This document shows, one piece after another, positions 59,501-64,000 of a DNA stretch of 64,000 nucleotides. Positions within the stretch are counted from its first letter, which is position 1. Every line of letters starts with the position of its first letter. The translations under genes were made by a program, and so were the position numbers. Source of the stretch: Phallusia mammillata (lineage: Eukaryota); contig OZ281497.1 of assembly GCA_965637545.1 (NCBI GenBank), positions 9,052,001-9,116,000 of the forward strand, read 5' to 3'. The notes under the pieces were generated by a model. The model made no database searches, had not been told where the DNA came from, and was given only the letters and a program-made list of their open reading frames with translations.

Positions 59501-62500
59501 CGCAGCAAATCGAACAATTCACCTCGTTGATCTGCCGTTAATCGGTCACCGATGGTGACTTTGTCTACAATGTCCTGAAACGGATCTTGGTTAGATATTT
59601 TCTGGGCCGACACGGAACAAATCTGGGTGTCTGTAACAAAACACTCAGGGTGTTTACATCCAGGGACACCTCCCTCTATACAAGTACCCGGGATTTTGCA
59701 ATCGAGGTTACCAAAAGCATACACAGGGGTAACCGTAGCGAATCTCGCCCCACTTGGTATTGTTACATCATCATCCCCCAAATTTGCCACAAACACCTTC
59801 ACCTCGCGGCTTTGCGCCATCGTTACACTTGTCGCAGTCAATAACCCAAATCTCCCCACGAACCCAGCTATCTGCTCCGTTAGAACCGGAGTGGCCAACT
59901 CTTGTGAATTAAGAGATTCTTGACATAAGCTGCCTGTTACACATACCTCTGCGAACGCTGGGACAAGGACGTCATCCGCAACACATACGTCACAGGGTTG
60001 GGACAAGGCTGTCGGAGAACTAAAGAGCGGAAGTCTGGCGTTTCCTGCCGTTAGAGTATTTTCCCTGTAGCAGATTCGGCACGCATTGGCCTGCAGAAAA
60101 TCCAATCCTAGAATAAAATCATGGTTGAGGTTCCTAATCATTTTGGGGCGCATACCCAGGTGTGGACAGTCGCGTCGAAAATGACCTGGCTGCCCGCAAC
60201 CGTAGCACTTGCGTTTTTGCTCGTGTTTGCCATAAAAATGTCCTGTCCTTTTAAGGGAATCTACTTCAGCTTGCAGAGTCTTCAAAGTGTCCTCGAATTT
60301 AGCACTCCGTTCCGCCGTACGGCGCTCCATGTCTTCAAGTTTTTTTCAAAATTACCTCCATTTCCGACGATTCTTTGTACTCGATGTTGAAAGTGACCTT
60401 GTTTCTTTCATTATGTATATCACTGATGGGAAATATTTTTAATAGTGGGCAATAGAAGGGATTGAAAGTAATCTGCTAGGCTTTCAGTTGAGAAATGATC
60501 GTTTGTGTGAAGGTACTATTAGCCTTTTTTGACTTTAGTCCCTTTCATTGATATTCATAGACACTAAAGACGCTTTTTTAGTGAAATATATTTGTTCTCA
60601 ATAAGATTGTTAATTGATTTTACCCTGAAATAAACTTTTCCCAACTGGTTATGAACCATCAATCTCATATCATTAACCAAGACTTATTTCTACTGAACTG
60701 AAAGATTCTGCTTATACAAACCCATCGGATTAAAAGCTGAAACGTATTGTGAAACAAATTAATTAGTGTCCCTTTCCAGATCATTTTGAATTCTGAGACG
60801 AAAACACACAAAAAATATTTCTACTCACTTTTTCGTAGATTGGTTTGGGAAAAAGTCCAATCACAAATAACTTACTTCGACGCGTCTTTCGTCGCATCAC
60901 CATATCAAAGTCCCAAGAAAATATATAAAAGCTAGAAACTCGTAACGTAGCATTGTGAAACGGCTTCGGCTGAAAGTGTTTTGTAAATCATATTTTAGTA
61001 AACGTCCCCAGCAAGAAAACGTAATATTAATATTTGTGTACATTGTCGGATCTGTAACCCTTACGACGCATTTTTTGTTGATGCTCCACTAACCGTAAGT
61101 TTTAACAACAAAAGTACGTTCTTCTCTTTTCAAAATTCACTGTTAAGTTATTGTTTTCAGAATTGGATAGGTTACTTGATCCCAAATATTACACTTGCTC
61201 AGTGGTAAACCACAAATAACTATATCACTTATACTAAGCCCGAAACAACCAATGTATATGTGATTTTACGCATATTTTGACAATCCTCAGGTCGTTTTGC
61301 GTTTAAATAGCCACAAACAGGTCGTCGTGGGAAGCAACATCTTGTAACACTTCACCATTTGTCAGGTTCGCACCATGTAATTATAAGAAATGGTCAAAAT
61401 ATATTTTCGAATTTTTTATCGTAGAACAAACTCGATACCGATGCTTCTGAAGTGAATAGCGTTAAAGTCTACCAATCAATTTGTTTACAAGCAATACTTT
61501 GTAGCTATACTGACGAGTTTTTACCTTTTTAAAGAGCACTAAAAATTGCCGACGCTGTGAGAATCGTCAACAAAGTAAAATTACTTGTACTTTTTGATGC
61601 TCTTTGTCTCCTATGGTGACGTTCTCTTGGAAAAAAATTACAAATATGTGTATTAAGCCAATTTTGCTTTATTTGTGTTCATCTTTTTTCAACACGACTT
61701 TAAGCTGGTTCCAAACACGGAACAATGCCATTTGAATTAAAAAAAAACGATTTATCCGCGTATGAAGTTAAACCATGATATTGTGGTTGTCTTGGGTACA
61801 TACAAATTGTCAACTTAAGATAACCAGAATTTCCTACTTCGACACTTCGACACTTCGACGCCAAATTGCCCCCAAACAAACTTTTCAACAGGCGTTTGTC
61901 TTCCCATGCAATGACTTTAAAGTTCACCAACCCTGAAATGCACTTTTAACACAGCCAAAGGTATCAACCTTAATTGAGTTTAAGGAATCCAATAGCTAAT
62001 ATTGTCAAGGTTGTTTTCATGGCACCCACAGCAAACAATCTGATAGACATGCACGTCAATAAACAATTAATCCCTGCCCATTTTCAGACAATTTGCTTTC
62101 AAGTTTTCGCAAATACTCTATGCGCCGTAGCTCTACCACAGTTCGTACTGCTTACAATCGAGGGCGACTTATATCATTTTTACCACCTCAACATGCGGTT
62201 TTTGAGCAAGGGCGATTAGTAATCGAGAGTGGCTTAATTAGAATCGAGTAAATACAGTAATTGCCTAATTCAATTTTAAACTTTGATTTCATGTTTCCCT
62301 TAGACTAGTGGTGTTGGGTTCTCACGCCCTTGTGGGGTCTGGTGTTGTCATAAAAACATTAGAATTATGTAACGAACAGTTCTGTCAAGTTTTGTTGATC
62401 AAGCCCGACGGAGATCCCCTTTTTTGTCAAGTTTCGTTTTACGCCGGGTGACATTAAAAGCAAACTTTGCATAAGGAGCAAAACAAAAAAATTTACTCTA

Positions 62501-62748
62501 AATCATACATAAAAAACAGACCGACGAACCAAACACGAGTTTTATTAATGACCAAGCAAAAACAGTATATTGACACCAAGAAAAACACAGTTTACACCGA
62601 CTTCAACAAGTACACCCAGCAATACCTCTACATCACTTGGTACACCGGGAAAGTTATCACACACAAAATTACATGCCACATGAACATCAAATTGCTAAGC
62701 CAAAATAGACCGAAATTAATGTTTTGTTTAACTGTTATAAAAAATAAA

Positions 62749-64000
62749 TCATATAAACCTATACATTAAATCAAAACCTTTATCAGTTACTGAACCATCT
62801 GTCATGAATGCAATAAACATGTCAGTTGACGTTGAATTAAGGTAAGAGCCTATCGGTGGATTGGCAGAAATTCGTGGGGAGCTCGTAGACAGGCCATCAA
62901 ACAATAAAAGATAGTCGCAACAGTCTTCTAATGCAATATCAGCAACGTAAATTTCAACCATATAGCCATAATACGGAGCATGAATGCTCCAAGTAGTGCA
63001 AATGTCATTTAGGTAGTTGTTGGGATAATTAATGGATGTAAAGCTGTTATAATAGGAAGAGGCATTTAGGTGCTGAGTATCGTTACAACTTGCCGGGAGA
63101 GTCAATTGGTAAATGAAATTAAAGCCGCTACTTGTTACTATTTGATCAGTCACTAAATTTATATGTATGAAGCGGGATACAAATGGTTCGGTTGGATAAC
63201 TACTCCCAGTTAGGTTTGTTGTGCCTTTATCCGTAAATATTGTAACAAAATCATAATTGTATTCTAAGTCGAGATCGACAATTTCCAATGATACCCAAAG
63301 GCCGTAGCTCCCATAGATATACCACCAGCAATCAATATTGTTATAATATTGGTCGGGATAGTTTGGCGAGGATACGTAATAATATTGACCAATTTGTGGA
63401 TACAAATACTCCCAATTACAAGTTTCATTGCGAAGCGAATCAGTAGTGTTAGCAATTACACCGGGAACAGTTGTACCCATCACAGGAGTTGTTTCGTTTG
63501 CCGGAGCAATTTCAACATGATATGTAAAGTTAAAACCACGACTTGTTACAGTACCATCAGTGATAAACCGAATATTCATATAATCAATAGAAGTAACAGT
63601 TCCATTAGGGCGATCAGTACCGTACAAGGTCATACTAAAATCATAACCATATATTGCAACATAATCATAATAATTTTCTAAACTTATGTCAATTACATCC
63701 AATAAAATCAACTCATTGTAAGCATAGATATACCACCAGCAATAAATATCATTGTAATATTGACCGGGATAATTAGGAGATGACAAGTAATAGTATTGAC
63801 CCGTTTGTGGGTATAAATATTCATAGCCACAAGTTTCGTTGCCAGTTGTTTCGTTTGTTAAAGCACTTTCCACATAGTACATAAAGTTAAAACCACGGCT
63901 TGTTACAGAACCATCAGTAACAAAATTTATATCCATCCAATTTTTGGCAATAATCGTTTCATTCGGAGCACTGGTACCATACAAGCTGGTTAAAAGGCCG
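62749..64000 (-). CDS. Multi-CUB protein, 3' part (paralogue of 48070-50782; 5' end beyond window)
   Basis: The reading frame is open to the window edge. It holds one partial and three complete CUB units with Thr-rich linkers; the terminal CUB ends ...DKGFDLMYRFI*. Confidence 0.88.
   Translation of the reverse strand, partial: GLLTSLYGTSAPNETIIAKNWMDINFVTDGSVTSRGFNFMYYVESALTNETTGNETCGYEYLYPQTGQYYYLSSPNYPGQYYNDIYCWWYIYAYNELILLDVIDISLENYYDYVAIYGYDFSMTLYGTDRPNGTVTSIDYMNIRFITDGTVTSRGFNFTYHVEIAPANETTPVMGTTVPGVIANTTDSLRNETCNWEYLYPQIGQYYYVSSPNYPDQYYNNIDCWWYIYGSYGLWVSLEIVDLDLEYNYDFVTIFTDKGTTNLTGSSYPTEPFVSRFIHINLVTDQIVTSSGFNFIYQLTLPASCNDTQHLNASSYYNSFTSINYPNNYLNDICTTWSIHAPYYGYMVEIYVADIALEDCCDYLLLFDGLSTSSPRISANPPIGSYLNSTSTDMFIAFMTDGSVTDKGFDLMYRFI

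Larger units (their letters stand above)
54444..60370 (-). mobile_element. 5'-truncated Ty3/Gypsy LTR retrotransposon (gag end, pol, PPT, probable 3' LTR)
   Basis: Zinc knuckle CYGCGQPGHFRRDC; RT (YLDDIIVY); RNase H (FILDTDASD); integrase HHCC (HLG...CVTC), DDE (DVVGP, SDRGSNF, VERNNK) and GPY motif, in the order RT-RH-INT. There are two frameshifts (~59165, ~58245), and the protease active site appears deleted. PPT GGGGGGAA at 55659-55666 is followed by TGTGGCG (LTR start 55658). The LTR end near 54444 is less certain. Confidence 0.93.
54058..60953 (-). pseudogene. VIT-CUB paralogue disrupted by a Gypsy insertion plus deletion
   Basis: Exon 1 homologue at ~60829-60953 is frameshifted (early TGA). 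A ~45-bp VIT remnant KVTFNIEYKE lies at ~60371-60415. The terminal CUB at 54058-54444 is highly similar to 62749-63135, with a homologous 3' flank (53700-54057 vs 62400-62748). Confidence 0.85.

Noticed and set aside
1-64000. CRISPR arrays, prokaryotic operons/terminators, rRNA genes
   Set aside because: The sequence is eukaryotic with spliceosomal introns. No repeat-spacer array of constant repeat and unique spacers was seen, and no rRNA-like segment.

Overview
AT-rich animal genomic DNA with many short GT-AG introns. The chordate-like housekeeping genes and very compact spacing suggest an invertebrate chordate such as an ascidian; this is an inference, not proven. No prokaryotic features were found. 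Left third: a multi-exon cohesin SA/stromalin (STAG) gene on the minus strand running off the window start, head-to-head with MRPS33, which is followed only 78 nt later by RNF146 (RING+WWE). Next come TOMM6 and an intact 11-exon ARSB-like arylsulfatase, both minus strand. The right half is a dynamic accessory region. It holds an intronless 1061-aa ORF combining a GlnD/GlnE(DUF294)-like nucleotidyltransferase module with a long TPR array, plus at least two broken paralogues; a rolling-stone-like membrane protein gene; and a tandem family of secreted proteins with an unusual VIT + multi-CUB architecture (one intact, one destroyed by a Ty3/Gypsy element, one running off the window, one inverted remnant). 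Mobile DNA includes nested hAT MITEs with nnnTAnnn 8-bp TSDs, an ISL2EU-like relic, Penelope-like fragments with a hammerhead-ribozyme motif, and a tRNA-derived SINE. Exon coordinates were read by eye; '~' marks approximate positions.
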